DNA from: an uncultured Nitrospinota bacterium
GTDB lineage: Bacteria > Tectomicrobia > Entotheonellia > J063 > CAVPRW01
Direction of reading: 5' to 3'
NCBI GenBank assembly: GCA_963707985.1
Contig: CAVPRW010000015.1
Span: 1-64,000, forward strand
DNA length: 64,000 nucleotides
Numbering within the stretch: the stretch's first letter is position 1; each line of letters starts with the position of its first letter. Positions 31,269-41,491 of this stretch are shown piece by piece. The notes below the pieces were generated by a model, which worked only from the letters and a program-made list of their open reading frames with translations, was not told where the DNA came from and ran no database searches. A program made the translations under genes and the position numbers.

Positions 31269-33551
31269 TCAGCCGGCGGTCACGCCTTCGACACGCACCA
31301 CACCGGTCTCGATCAGCACCTCGATCTCTCGTTCGGAGAGGCCGATTTCACCAAGGATCTCATAGGCATCGGAGCCGGGTTTTGGTGCTGGTTGTCCCAC
31401 ACGAATGGGTGTACGCGACAGCCGGGGGGCTGGTCCACAGGTGGTTACCAGACCCATTTCATCGTGCTCTCGTGTCAGGCTCAATTCATGAGCGGTCACC
31501 CAGGGATCCGCCATCAGCTTCCCTAAATCTCCGACGTACCGGTGGGCGCCGATTCCCGCCCGCGTCAAGCGTGCCACCCAGGCCTCCACGGTGTCGCTGG
31601 TAAAGTGTTTTGCTAGGGCCTGCTCCAACGCCTCCCCACGCAACGAGGTGATGCCAGACAAACCCTCCACTGCCGCCAGACGAGGCACCTCGTCCGGTCG
31701 CGCGCCGATGAAGAACCATCCATCGCGTGCCTGGTAGGCCCGATGCAATGGCCCCGAGCCCAACCGGTTTTGCCCACTGGGCTCGTCCCAACGTTTGCCC
31801 TCATAGACTTGCATGAAGGGCGACTGGTGGATCATGGCCGTATAGGCCAGGGCGGTGTCGACATGCTGACCTTCGCCGGTGCGCTGCCGATGCAACAGGG
31901 CGAGTGCCACACCATAGGCACCCATGAAGCCAGTGCCGTAGTCATTGATGGGATTGGGCTGAATCATCGGCTGGCCAGTGCCCCCGAATCGGCGCTGCAT
32001 GCCGGTCGCCGCTTGAGCAAACTGCTCGTGACCCGGTCTACCCGCCCATGGCCCCAGATGGCCGAAGGCATTGAGCGAGGCGTACACGATATCCGGCTTG
32101 CGCCGACGTACTTCCTCATAGCTCAGTCCGAGCTTCTCCAGCTTACCAGCGCGATAGTTCTGGGCGACCACGTCTGCCCCTTCAAGTAACCGCCAGAAGA
32201 TGTCACGGCCGATGTCGGATTTGAGGTCCAGGAGAAGACTGCGCTTGCCCCGATTCACATCGTTATGGGAGGATACAAAACCACCCCGCATTGGGTTATC
32301 GATCTTGATGACGTCGGCGCCAAATTCTCCCAGTGTCCGCCCCAAGGTGGGTCCCGCCAGGATAATGCACAGATCCAGCACCCGCACGCCCTGAAGAGCC
32401 GCCCGTAGAGTGGCTTCGATCGCAGGTGCGGCAGACTCTGGCGCAACGGCTTCGAGCTCGCGGAGGATCTCGGCCCGATGCTGATCGGGCTTCGGCGCCG
32501 GGCTCCGAACGGTGCCTGGAGTTTTCGACAAGCGGACGTTGATCCCCGGCTGCAGCATCTTGCCATACTGTGGATCATCAAGCTCCAGTACCATCTGCGA
32601 ACCGCGAGCATGGGGATGCTCGAACCACTCTGCACTGGTACGGCACACGGCGCCCTCGCTGCCAGCCCTGGCCACCAGGTCTTCCCATTCTTGGGCTGTT
32701 CGCGTCTTAAAGAGCTCGCGTGCCCGTTGCAGATGTTTGGCGAACAAATCCGGATCACGCATGATGCGCTCGATGTCGGTGAGCCCTTCCTGATCCCAGT
32801 CGGTGATGCCGGCAGCCGCGACGAATTCCCGGAAGTTCTGATTCCCGGAGCCCCCGAATTGCACCCATTGACCGTCCGCACATTCGAAGCCGCCACTCCA
32901 GATACCGCGCGGTGTAGGGACGACATGGGCCGCATCGTGGACCTGCATGGCGCGGGCGCCGATGGATGGAAACGTCGCATCGAACAGGGGCACCTCAATG
33001 TGCTGCCCCACACCGTCGCGGCGTCGTGCAATGAGGGCCATGACGATGCTCACGACACCCTGGAAGGCAGCATAGTTGGAAGAGATGGGGATGGCGGTAT
33101 AGATGGGCTGGTCGGCAGCAGGATCGTGTGGTCGATAGGTGGCCGTCGCGGCCCCGACTACCCCTTCGAAGGCGCGTACCTGCGCGCGCGGATCGTCTGA
33201 GGCAAACCCCGGCATGGAGCAGTAGATCACGCGTGGGTTCAGGCGCTGGGCCGCCTGCGGTCCAATTCCCAGGCGATCCATGACCCCTGGGCGAAAATTT
33301 TCGATCACCACGTCAGCCGACCCCACGAGTCGCGTCGCAATCGCCAGGTCGTCCGGTTGCTTGAGATTCAGGATAATGTTGCGTTTGCCACGGTTCCAGG
33401 TCGCATTGGCCGGTGTGTCCCACATCGGTCCGCCAGGCGGATCGACACGGATGACATCAGCCCCTTGATCGGCCAGGAGCATGCCGGCAAGCGGCCCGGC
33501 GATGTACTGGCCAAAATCGATCACCCGGACTCCATCGAGTACACTGGCCAT
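31269..33551 (-). CDS. Two-domain (fused) family III CoA-transferase
   Basis: Two CaiB-like units, VIDFGQYIAGP..NRGKR and VLDLCIILAGP..NRGKRS. Only the second has Asp (PINDYGTG). Confidence 0.92.
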   Translation of the reverse strand: MASVLDGVRVIDFGQYIAGPLAGMLLADQGADVIRVDPPGGPMWDTPANATWNRGKRNIILNLKQPDDLAIATRLVGSADVVIENFRPGVMDRLGIGPQAAQRLNPRVIYCSMPGFASDDPRAQVRAFEGVVGAATATYRPHDPAADQPIYTAIPISSNYAAFQGVVSIVMALIARRRDGVGQHIEVPLFDATFPSIGARAMQVHDAAHVVPTPRGIWSGGFECADGQWVQFGGSGNQNFREFVAAAGITDWDQEGLTDIERIMRDPDLFAKHLQRARELFKTRTAQEWEDLVARAGSEGAVCRTSAEWFEHPHARGSQMVLELDDPQYGKMLQPGINVRLSKTPGTVRSPAPKPDQHRAEILRELEAVAPESAAPAIEATLRAALQGVRVLDLCIILAGPTLGRTLGEFGADVIKIDNPMRGGFVSSHNDVNRGKRSLLLDLKSDIGRDIFWRLLEGADVVAQNYRAGKLEKLGLSYEEVRRRKPDIVYASLNAFGHLGPWAGRPGHEQFAQAATGMQRRFGGTGQPMIQPNPINDYGTGFMGAYGVALALLHRQRTGEGQHVDTALAYTAMIHQSPFMQVYEGKRWDEPSGQNRLGSGPLHRAYQARDGWFFIGARPDEVPRLAAVEGLSGITSLRGEALEQALAKHFTSDTVEAWVARLTRAGIGAHRYVGDLGKLMADPWVTAHELSLTREHDEMGLVTTCGPAPRLSRTPIRVGQPAPKPGSDAYEILGEIGLSEREIEVLIETGVVRVEGVTAG

Positions 33552-33795
33552 ACCTTCCCTCCGCCTCGGGCCGAGCGGCGCTCTCGGTGCCCGGATAGAA
33601 ACCTGATCAGCGCGCTCCACACGCATGCGCGTGTGGATTTGCACGGAACCATTGGTCTAGATCTTCTGCACGATGGACCTTCCAACATTACCTTGCCAAC
33701 GGCTGGATCGGTAACAGCCACGCCAAGCGTCCGTTTCTAGCATGGGCATCAAGCTGGCGTCAAGTCCCGTGCATTTTCCTCACGTAAGAACTTGA

Positions 33796-33823
33796 TTGAC
33801 ATCATTTCACGACATGCTAAGAT
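33796..33823 (+). promoter_or_regulatory. Sigma-70-type promoter
   Basis: TTGACA-16 bp-TAAGAT with a TG extension. A divergent TTGACG..TAGAAA candidate lies just to the left. Confidence 0.45.
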
Positions 33824-34530
33824 GTGACCCCACTGGACAAAAAGACGGCTTCACTAGCCAGAGGCACCGCCTGGGGGTGGCTAGCAGTTGTGGTGTCTAG
33901 TCCACTCCACGTCAGTGCAACCGTGACAGATGCGGGCGGTGAGCGCAAGGCGTCACTTGGGACCATAGCGCCTAGCAGACCATGCACCCGGCCGTACAGG
34001 CGCCGCCGTCCATTCGATAAGGTGGGAATGTTGCCGCAGCGACGAGGTGCGGCGACAAGGACTGGGCTCTAGGGGGGCAACAATGCCCGCCATCAGCTTT
34101 CCCCTGGCGCAGTCGAAGGCATCGAAAAGGTCAGCGGAACTCTCGATCATTGGCAGAGTTCCCTGGGCACCCTCCTCTTTTCATGATCAAATGCAGATTT
34201 GCCGGCCCTCAGGGGCGAAGATGCAAGGCTGCCCAAATGGGCGCGAGTCTCCCGCGCCCGCCCGTGAGACCGCTCTCCCTGTGCCCCGAATCTCATGCTT
34301 CACCCCACAGCCGAACGTGCAGAACGATACCCCTAATCCCGCTTCGACTTTGGCGTGCATGCCACGGTATTTTCACGGCCTCGGGAAGGAGAGGTGCCTC
34401 TATGGTTGTGACCGCAAGGGAGAGGAGAGAGGAGGCATAGCGCAGCGCCGGACGAGCAAATGTGCTGCCATAGCTATGCTCCTGAACGCGTAGCGCTCAG
34501 ACATCAGAGCGGTCATGGAGGTGTGCAACG

Positions 34531-35454
34531 ATGCCAGAATTAAGCCTGTCCCTACCGAAGTCCAAACCGCTATGGAAATTGTCTGCCGGCATGCAGACGC
34601 TCTCCAAAGGCCTGTGGCGGTTGGTCAGGGAAAAACCACTGGGGGCCTTCGGGGGGATGCTCGTCGTCATACTTATGCTGTGCGCCATCTTTGCGCACTG
34701 GATCGCTCCCTATCCATATGATGAAACCAATGTGCGCCAGCGCTTGAAGCCTCCCGGCGCGCAGTTCTATTTGGGCACCGATAATCTGGGGCGCGATGTC
34801 TTCAGCCGCATCGTGTATGGGGCCCGCATTTCGGTGACGGTGGGCTTCGGGGCGGTGACGTTGAGTCTCCTGTTGGCGACCATCTTAGGCGTCACGAGCG
34901 GGTATTTCGGGGGCAAAGTCGATGTCATCATCCAGCGGGTGGTAGATGCGGCCATGGCGTTTCCTCCATTGGTGCTCTTGCTCAGCATCATGGCGGTGTT
35001 GGGGCCGGGACTGCTGAACATCATCCTGGTACTCGGGATCATCCCATCAGCCAACAGGTCGCGGATCATCCGCAGCGCCACGTTGGCGGCCAAGGAAAAC
35101 CAATACGTGGAGGCGGCGCGGGCAGTGGGGGCGAGCCACTTGCGGATTATTCTGTGCTACATCTTGCCGAACGTCATGGCCCCGATCATCATCGTGGCCA
35201 CCAATGCCTTGGGCGCGGTGATCCTCGTCGAGGCGACGCTGAGCTTTTTGGGATTTGGAGTACCGCCGCCGTATCCCTCCTGGGGCGAGATGCTCAGTGG
35301 TTCGGGACGCTCGTACATGTATAAGGCCCCCTGGATGGCGATCTGGCCGGGTGTGGCGATCAGTATAGCGGTGTTTGGGTTCAATATGCTGGGAGATGCG
35401 CTTCGGGATCTCCTGGACCCGCGGTTGCGTGGTAGCCAGCTCATGCGGCGGTAG
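34531..35454 (+). CDS. ABC transporter permease (DppC/OppC type)
   Basis: LGTDNLGRDVFSRIVYGARIS, YVEAARAVGA, EATLSFLGFG, PSWGEML and GDALRDLLDPR. Confidence 0.95.
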   Translation: MPELSLSLPKSKPLWKLSAGMQTLSKGLWRLVREKPLGAFGGMLVVILMLCAIFAHWIAPYPYDETNVRQRLKPPGAQFYLGTDNLGRDVFSRIVYGARISVTVGFGAVTLSLLLATILGVTSGYFGGKVDVIIQRVVDAAMAFPPLVLLLSIMAVLGPGLLNIILVLGIIPSANRSRIIRSATLAAKENQYVEAARAVGASHLRIILCYILPNVMAPIIIVATNALGAVILVEATLSFLGFGVPPPYPSWGEMLSGSGRSYMYKAPWMAIWPGVAISIAVFGFNMLGDALRDLLDPRLRGSQLMRR

Positions 35455-35463
35455 AATGACAAC

Positions 35464-35574
35464 ATTAACTCCGTGACGATCACTGGGACCTGGCAGCCGT
35501 ATGTAAAGAACTATTCACCCAACCAGAGCTTCGACTACGGCAATCGCGCCGCCGCGCTGTGGCTGGATCGATAA
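35464..35574 (+). pseudogene. 3' tail of a deleted ABC substrate-binding protein paralog
   Basis: Translates INSVTITGTWQPYVKNYSPNQSFDYGNRAAALWLDR*, closely matching the C-terminus of the intact binding protein (FTGSWYPYVKNYGPNTTYDYGGRSAALWLDRA). Confidence 0.85.
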
Positions 35575-35641
35575 GTCACCCTCTCCATGCCCTTCCTCTT
35601 TGGGGGGGAGGGATGGGATGGGGGGATGGAGGAAATAGACC

Positions 35642-36586
35642 ATGCAGCAATACGTGATCAAGCGCTTGCTCCTGGTCGTGCCCACGCTCCTGCTGGTGTC
35701 GGTCATCGTGTTCTCCTTGACCCGCCTGATCCCGGGCGACGTAGTAGTGTTGATGTTTGAGGAGAAAGCCTACGCCTCAGATCTGGAGGCGCTGCGGGCC
35801 AAGCTCGGGCTCAACCAGCCGATTTACGTGCAGTATGGGATTTGGCTGAGCCAGGTGGTCCGGGGCAACCTCGGGGAGTCGTTGTGGACGAAGCGGCCGG
35901 TGCTGGAGGAGATCGCCCGCCGGCTGCCCGTGAGCTTGGAGCTGGGGGCCATGGGGATTATCTTCGGGCTCTGCTGGGCGCTGCCCATTGGGGTGCTGGC
36001 GGCGATTCGGCAGGACACGTTGAAGGATTATGTGGCGCGCAGCCTGGCGATCCTTGGGCTATCGATGCCCGGGTTCTGGAAAGCGACCATGATCATCGTG
36101 TTCGCCTCCATCTGGTTTGGCTGGGCGCCGCCGCTGCAGTTCACCCCGTTCACACAAGGTCCCTGGCAGCACATGAGCCAATTCATCCTGCCGGCGATCC
36201 TCCTGGCGTTTGCCGCGTCCGCCGGCGTCATGCGCCTGACGCGGGCGCTGATGCTGGAGGTGCTGCGGCAAGACTATATCCGCACCGCCTGGTCGAAGGG
36301 TATGGGCGAGCGGCGTGTGGTGGTGAAACACGCCCTAAAAAACGCCGTGATTCCGGTCATCACCATCATCGGCATCGAGATTGGCACGGTCGCCGGCGGG
36401 ACGGTGGTCTTTGAGACGATCTTTGGCCTGCCAGGGATGGGACGCTTTATGCTCGATGCGATCAATCAGCGAGACTATCCGGTCGTGCAGGGGGTGAATC
36501 TGCTACTGGCGATGATCATCGTCTTCGTCAATCTGCTAGTGGATATGACCTACGCCTACTTGGATCCGCGAATTCGGTATCAGTAA
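35642..36586 (+). CDS. ABC transporter permease (DppB/OppB type)
   Basis: LIPGD, GNLGESL, QDYIRTAWSKG, HALKNA, ETIFGLPGMG, RDYPVVQG and LDPRIRY. Confidence 0.95.
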   Translation: MQQYVIKRLLLVVPTLLLVSVIVFSLTRLIPGDVVVLMFEEKAYASDLEALRAKLGLNQPIYVQYGIWLSQVVRGNLGESLWTKRPVLEEIARRLPVSLELGAMGIIFGLCWALPIGVLAAIRQDTLKDYVARSLAILGLSMPGFWKATMIIVFASIWFGWAPPLQFTPFTQGPWQHMSQFILPAILLAFAASAGVMRLTRALMLEVLRQDYIRTAWSKGMGERRVVVKHALKNAVIPVITIIGIEIGTVAGGTVVFETIFGLPGMGRFMLDAINQRDYPVVQGVNLLLAMIIVFVNLLVDMTYAYLDPRIRYQ

Positions 36587-36742
36587 GGCGTGATGTGGAT
36601 TGGGCCTCCAGCTATCGCCAGCACCTAGATGAGGCTCAAAGTGCAAGGGACAAGGTCAGCGTTAGAGGTCTCATGCTGACCCTTGCATGCCTTCAAGACT
36701 CACTGCAAGCAATGAACTCTCACATCTTCAGGAGGAGTCTCC

Positions 36743-38413
36743 ATGGCAACACGGCATACCAATCGAGGCAATACCTTGTCTCTGAACCGACGCGATCTGT
36801 TGAAAGGCGGCATCGCCGCCGGCGTCACGCTGTCCACGTGGACCCTGCACCGTCCCTCTCCACTGTGGGGGGCGGACACCGAACAGCCCAAGCGCGGCGG
36901 TATCCTGCGCGTGTGGGGGTCTGATCCCCCACACTTCGATCCTCATCTGAGTCTCAACGCGAAGACGCATAACGCGCTCAGCTTCGTCCATAGCACGCTG
37001 GTGCGGCACAAAGTCGGCCCGGAGGTGCGCCCGGGTACCTTCATTGTCGAGCCCCATCTGGCCGAACGCTGGGAAGTGCTGGACGACACGACATACGTCT
37101 TCTATCTGCGGCAAGGGGTCAAATGGCACAACCGGCCTCCTGTCAACGGCCGTGAGCTGGTGGCCGAGGACGTGAAGTTCACCTTCGACCGTTTCCTGAC
37201 GGAAACGGGGAATGCCCTCCGCTATCTGCTGGAGTCGGTGGACCGCGTCGAGGTGGTGGACCGTTATACCGTGAAGTTCCTCCTCAAAGAGCCCTACGTC
37301 TGGCTGGTCGACGTATTGGCCAACCCGGTCATGTGGATCATTGCCCCAGAAGTGGTGGAAAAATTCGGCGACCTGAAGAAAGCTGAGAGCGCCATCGGCA
37401 CTGGCCCCTTTACGCTGGAGCGCTATGAGCCGAACGTGAAGACGGTCTTCAAGCGCAACCCCGACTACTTCCGCCAGGGCCAGCCGTATGTTGATGGGGT
37501 GGAATGGTGGGTCGTCGAAGATGCCTCCGCCGCCTTGGCGATGTACCGCAGCGGGCAACTTGACTGTGGCCCGGCGTCCTGGTGGAGCGTGCGCCAGGAG
37601 GACCTGGAGTCGGTGCAGAAGACCCATCCCCAGTTGAACTTTCAGGATTTCCTGTCCACGGTGAGCCATGCCATCTACATGCGGACTGACCAGGCTCCCT
37701 TTAACGATGTGCGGGTTCGACGTGCGATCTCCCACGCCGTTGATCGGCAGGCGATCATCGATTCGGTCTGGATCAAGGGCGAACCGACCCCCGCAGTCTC
37801 TCGCGGCCTGGCCGAGTGGTCGCCGCGTATCGATGAGCTCGGAGCGGGGGCCAAGTATTACCAGTACGATCCCAAGGAGGCCAGGCGTCTGCTGGCGGAG
37901 GCTGGCATGCCCAAAGGCTTCAAAACCCAAATGTGGACCACTGCCGGTACCGGCGCCGGCCGACTGGTCACCGATGCCGCGCAGTTAGCTCAGCGATACC
38001 TCAAAGACGTCGGCATCGAGGTGGAGATCAAGATCCAGGAGTACGGTGCCTATATGGCCACGACCGACAAGGGCAAGTTCGACGGCATGGCCCTCGCCCC
38101 CGTCAGCAATGCCTGGGAGCCGGATTACATACTGTATGGCCTGTTTGCCCCGGATCAGCTGCGCAACAAGGGCCATGTCAACGACCCGAAGATCACGGCC
38201 ATGATCAATGAACAACGGCGCACCAAGGACCGCGAGGCACGCAAGCAGATTATTTTTGACCTGCAGCGGTATATTGCGGAGCAGCAATACTATGTCTTCC
38301 TCTACTGCGCAGGCTTCACCGGCTCCTGGTACCCCTATGTGAAGAACTATGGTCCCAACACCACCTACGATTACGGCGGTCGCTCCGCCGCGTTGTGGCT
38401 GGATCGAGCGTGA
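36743..38413 (+). CDS. Tat-exported ABC substrate-binding protein (family 5)
   Basis: NRRDLLK Tat motif, PKRGGILR, PHLAERWE, AEDVKFTF, IGTGPF and PFNDVRVRRAIS. Confidence 0.93.
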   Translation: MATRHTNRGNTLSLNRRDLLKGGIAAGVTLSTWTLHRPSPLWGADTEQPKRGGILRVWGSDPPHFDPHLSLNAKTHNALSFVHSTLVRHKVGPEVRPGTFIVEPHLAERWEVLDDTTYVFYLRQGVKWHNRPPVNGRELVAEDVKFTFDRFLTETGNALRYLLESVDRVEVVDRYTVKFLLKEPYVWLVDVLANPVMWIIAPEVVEKFGDLKKAESAIGTGPFTLERYEPNVKTVFKRNPDYFRQGQPYVDGVEWWVVEDASAALAMYRSGQLDCGPASWWSVRQEDLESVQKTHPQLNFQDFLSTVSHAIYMRTDQAPFNDVRVRRAISHAVDRQAIIDSVWIKGEPTPAVSRGLAEWSPRIDELGAGAKYYQYDPKEARRLLAEAGMPKGFKTQMWTTAGTGAGRLVTDAAQLAQRYLKDVGIEVEIKIQEYGAYMATTDKGKFDGMALAPVSNAWEPDYILYGLFAPDQLRNKGHVNDPKITAMINEQRRTKDREARKQIIFDLQRYIAEQQYYVFLYCAGFTGSWYPYVKNYGPNTTYDYGGRSAALWLDRA

Positions 38414-38470
38414 TCGTGCCCCGCGCGCTTGAAAGCCTGCAGCCAGCCGCGCCGCGACGCCCCTGAGATC

Positions 38471-39260
38471 TCAGCGGCCGTGAAACACGGGCTTGCGCTT
38501 CTCACGCCAGGCCCGATGGCCTTCTTCCTTGTCTTCGGTTGCCTCAAGGGCCATGAAGCGATACAGGTCTACCAGCGAGGCGTCCGACAGATTGGGAATG
38601 TCCATACCGCGCTGCAGTGACTCCTTGGCCATCTGCGCGGCCAAGGGCGGTAGGGAGGCGATATACCCGGCTACCTCCATAGTTTTGGCCGGCAACTCTT
38701 CATGCGGGACCAACCACTGGGCAAGGCCGATGCGATAGGCTTCATCGGCTTTCAACGGGAAGCCCATGGCCAATCGCATAGCGTGCCCTTTCCCTACCCA
38801 ACGAGCCAGCCGAACTGCTCCACCGTATGCCGGCAGAATCCCCAGGGCCACCTGGGGCAGCCGCCATTCCGCCCGCTCCGACGCCAGCAGCAGATCGCAG
38901 CAGAAGGTCACGATGCAGCCCACGCCGATCGCATAACCGTTGACGGCACCGATGAGTGGTTTCGGGAAGTTCGACAGCACCTCGAATTGGCGATCTTTGC
39001 GCTTCGGAAGGCTTTTGATAAACTCAGCTGTCGAGGTCAAGCGTATGTGTCTGCGGGTTTTTCAAGTTGGCACCGGCCGAGAAAGCCCCGCCCTTGTCGT
39101 CGCCCGTCAACACCGCGCAGCGAATTTCGTCATCGTCCTCCATCGCCGCCAGGTATTCGGCGATCCCCTCTGTGAAATCCTGGCCCCAGGCGTTCCGAGC
39201 CTCAGGTCGGCTGAGGGTGATGATGCCCACCTGATCGCGCTTTTCGTACAATACTGGCAT
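38471..39260 (-). CDS. Enoyl-CoA hydratase/isomerase (frameshift near 39030)
   Basis: ITLSRPEARNA and AFSAGANL, then FPKPLIGAVNGYAIGVG, LPQVALGILP and EKRKPVFHGR. Confidence 0.9.
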
Positions 39261-39609
39261 GGCCTTTCTCCTGACTGGTGTGTCTCGGGCTACAGGGCCA
39301 TCGCCTGTCCAGACCTGTATCGGCGACGACCGCTGCTGCCACTCTGTATTGAGGCAACCGATTAGAAATGCCTCCGCAGCATAGCCGCTCGAATCTGTCC
39401 TGTCAAACACCGCATACGGCCCCAAGAAATCCCTTATGCCTTACAGGCATGACCTTCGTCCTGTTGCAAGGCCTCCCCCGATCGCCGTTGCTCACGGCAC
39501 CGAAGATTCACCGCATTTGTCGCTCCTGGTCTCACAGAGCTTGGACGTTGCTGTTGGGGGGACGAGGTCACTAGGGGACGTAATGTTTCGAGGCCTTGGG
39601 ATATCCTGT

Positions 39610-40536
39610 CTAGGTGGTTGAGCTATGATCCAAGGGCGGAGCAAACACCTCGAGGGCGCCGGGGTGAAGCGTCACGTCCAGAGGCGACCGCAGGAGGACG
39701 ATTTCGCCATCGATGGCCACCTTCAGAGCTCGCCGACGAGTCTGCACGCGTATGGTGCTTGCGCACAAGGCCTCAGTGGTAGACGCTTCATCCAGCCTCC
39801 CTAGTAGTGCCGCGCAGGCTGCCACCGTGACCTCCCATCGACTGTGAAGCTTCAGCAATAGCACGGCCAGCTTCTGGTGTCGGAGACACTCAGCGGCGGT
39901 GACATTGAAGTCCTCTAGTTGCAAAGCATTACACCCAAAGAATAGCGTAGTGGCCAGATGTCGCGCTGTTTGTCCGTCCGCCACCAACTCAACCGCATAT
40001 TGTGGATGTGAGCTCAGCAAGCATCGCATGCCGGAAAAGAAAGCTACCAGGCGGCGACGGCCAAAGCGGCGCTTATCCTGCTCTCGCCGCTCGAGCATCT
40101 GTGCGTAGAGGCCAATGCCGGCGTTGTTCAGGAAGATCCGGCCGTTAATCTCTCCAATGTCCACCTGGCGAACCCAGCCGTTGGTGATCACCGATACCGC
40201 CTGAGCCACCTCGGTCGGCACCCCTAGATTGCGGGAGACATAATTGAATGTCCCAGCGGGCACGAGGCCGAGTGGTCGCTTGGCCTCTACGCAAGCTGCA
40301 GCAACCGTGTTGACGGTGCCATCACCTCCCGCTACGACAATGGCGCCGGGAGCCTGGGCAACGGTTTGCTGCGTCCGGCTCTGCAAGTCACCCCGTCCGG
40401 CCAAAACGAATTCGACCTGCCAGTCGTGCGTGGCAAATGCAGCCTTGATCTCTGTAGTGAGCGCAGCTTTGTCGGCGGCGCCTGAATCTCGATTCATGAT
40501 GACATGTGCGATCGGTGTCACTATCGGCTTAGTCAT
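39610..40536 (-). CDS. Diacylglycerol/lipid kinase family protein
   Basis: NRDSG, VAGGDGTV, VPAGTFNY, FLNNAGIG and AIDGE. Confidence 0.92.
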   Translation of the reverse strand: MTKPIVTPIAHVIMNRDSGAADKAALTTEIKAAFATHDWQVEFVLAGRGDLQSRTQQTVAQAPGAIVVAGGDGTVNTVAAACVEAKRPLGLVPAGTFNYVSRNLGVPTEVAQAVSVITNGWVRQVDIGEINGRIFLNNAGIGLYAQMLERREQDKRRFGRRRLVAFFSGMRCLLSSHPQYAVELVADGQTARHLATTLFFGCNALQLEDFNVTAAECLRHQKLAVLLLKLHSRWEVTVAACAALLGRLDEASTTEALCASTIRVQTRRRALKVAIDGEIVLLRSPLDVTLHPGALEVFAPPLDHSSTT

Positions 40537-40722
40537 CAACTCCTCCAAATGACGTTTGCCTGTGGGATAGACGCGCACTAGACACGCCCGTGGATACGGC
40601 ATTCGATGGCCGTAGGTGCAATCCAGGTGCCGGTGACTTCCCTCCAGTAGGCGTCAACCGGCGTTTCCCGACCTCTGCCAAGGCAGAAAAACTGTTGCTA
40701 GCGGAAGCGGCGGGCCGGCAAC

Positions 40723-40738
40723 TGGCACATCCTTTGCT
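40723..40738 (+). promoter_or_regulatory. Sigma-54 (-24/-12) promoter
   Basis: TGGCACATCCTTTGCT, an exact TGGCAC-N5-TTGC match. Confidence 0.7.
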
Positions 40739-41104
40739 CTACGCTGGGCTAGAAGAGCGCTACAGGTCGTTTAGCATGCCACATGTAAGGGAGGTTCAGC
40801 ACTGCCAATGAGCGCCCAACCAGGCAGGACACATGCTGAAAGACAGATCGGACCGAGTCGACGACGCGCGGGCCAGGGTTTCCGGAGGGTGGACCGAAGC
40901 TCGGTTGCTCGGAAAACAATCTCTCAAATCGATAGCTCTACGCGCGGCTGTCATCTCAATTTGAGAGTTTCCGGCGGTTTGATGCGCTCTCGTGAGAGCT
41001 TCACCACAGTTGAGCATCAGGGATGGCATAGCAAGCCACCACTGAGCAGCTCATGTTGTAGATGACATGTCCACTAATAGAATCATATCACCGGAGGACA
41101 CTTT

Positions 41105-41491
41105 ATGGAAACCATTGAGAGGTCAACGCCACAGGCTTCGAGCACTCCAGAAATGTTCAGTCATGCGGTAACTGCCATCGGGGATACAGTGGCTCGGGCA
41201 GGTGCCTTCCTGCCCGAACTACCAGGTGGGCTAGCAGAGGTCATCCGCCGCCATCCCTTACCTTCGCTGATGGTAGGTCTGGGCCTGGGCTTTCTCCTGG
41301 GGCGCAGCTGTATGTGGACAGCGGCAGAATCTAGAACGGAGGAAAGCCTCGATCAGAGCGAAGCTGGGTATCCGGACGCTCTCATCCAGTGCTTGCGATG
41401 TGGTCAAATGGTGCGCCAGGCTGACATGGTGAGCCATTCTACAACCTGCAGGGGCACGGGAATGCTCAGCCACGGGGGTTCTACATCGTGA
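41105..41491 (+). CDS. Small membrane protein with a DUF883/ElaB-like TM segment and a C-terminal C2HC zinc-finger-like motif
   Basis: RBS ggagg. IRRHPLPSLMVGLGLGFLLGR, then CLRC-x11-H-x3-C. Confidence 0.7.
   Translation: METIERSTPQASSTPEMFSHAVTAIGDTVARAGAFLPELPGGLAEVIRRHPLPSLMVGLGLGFLLGRSCMWTAAESRTEESLDQSEAGYPDALIQCLRCGQMVRQADMVSHSTTCRGTGMLSHGGSTS

Noticed and set aside
36728..37930. Long antisense ORFs (also 22194-23216, 42595-43500, 58881-59927 and 19653-20525)
   Set aside because: These are shadows of well-supported genes on the opposite strand, as expected in GC-rich DNA.
40808..41065. 85-aa ORF immediately after the sigma-54 promoter
   Set aside because: Arg/Ser-rich composition with no motif. 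It cannot be distinguished from a non-coding leader.
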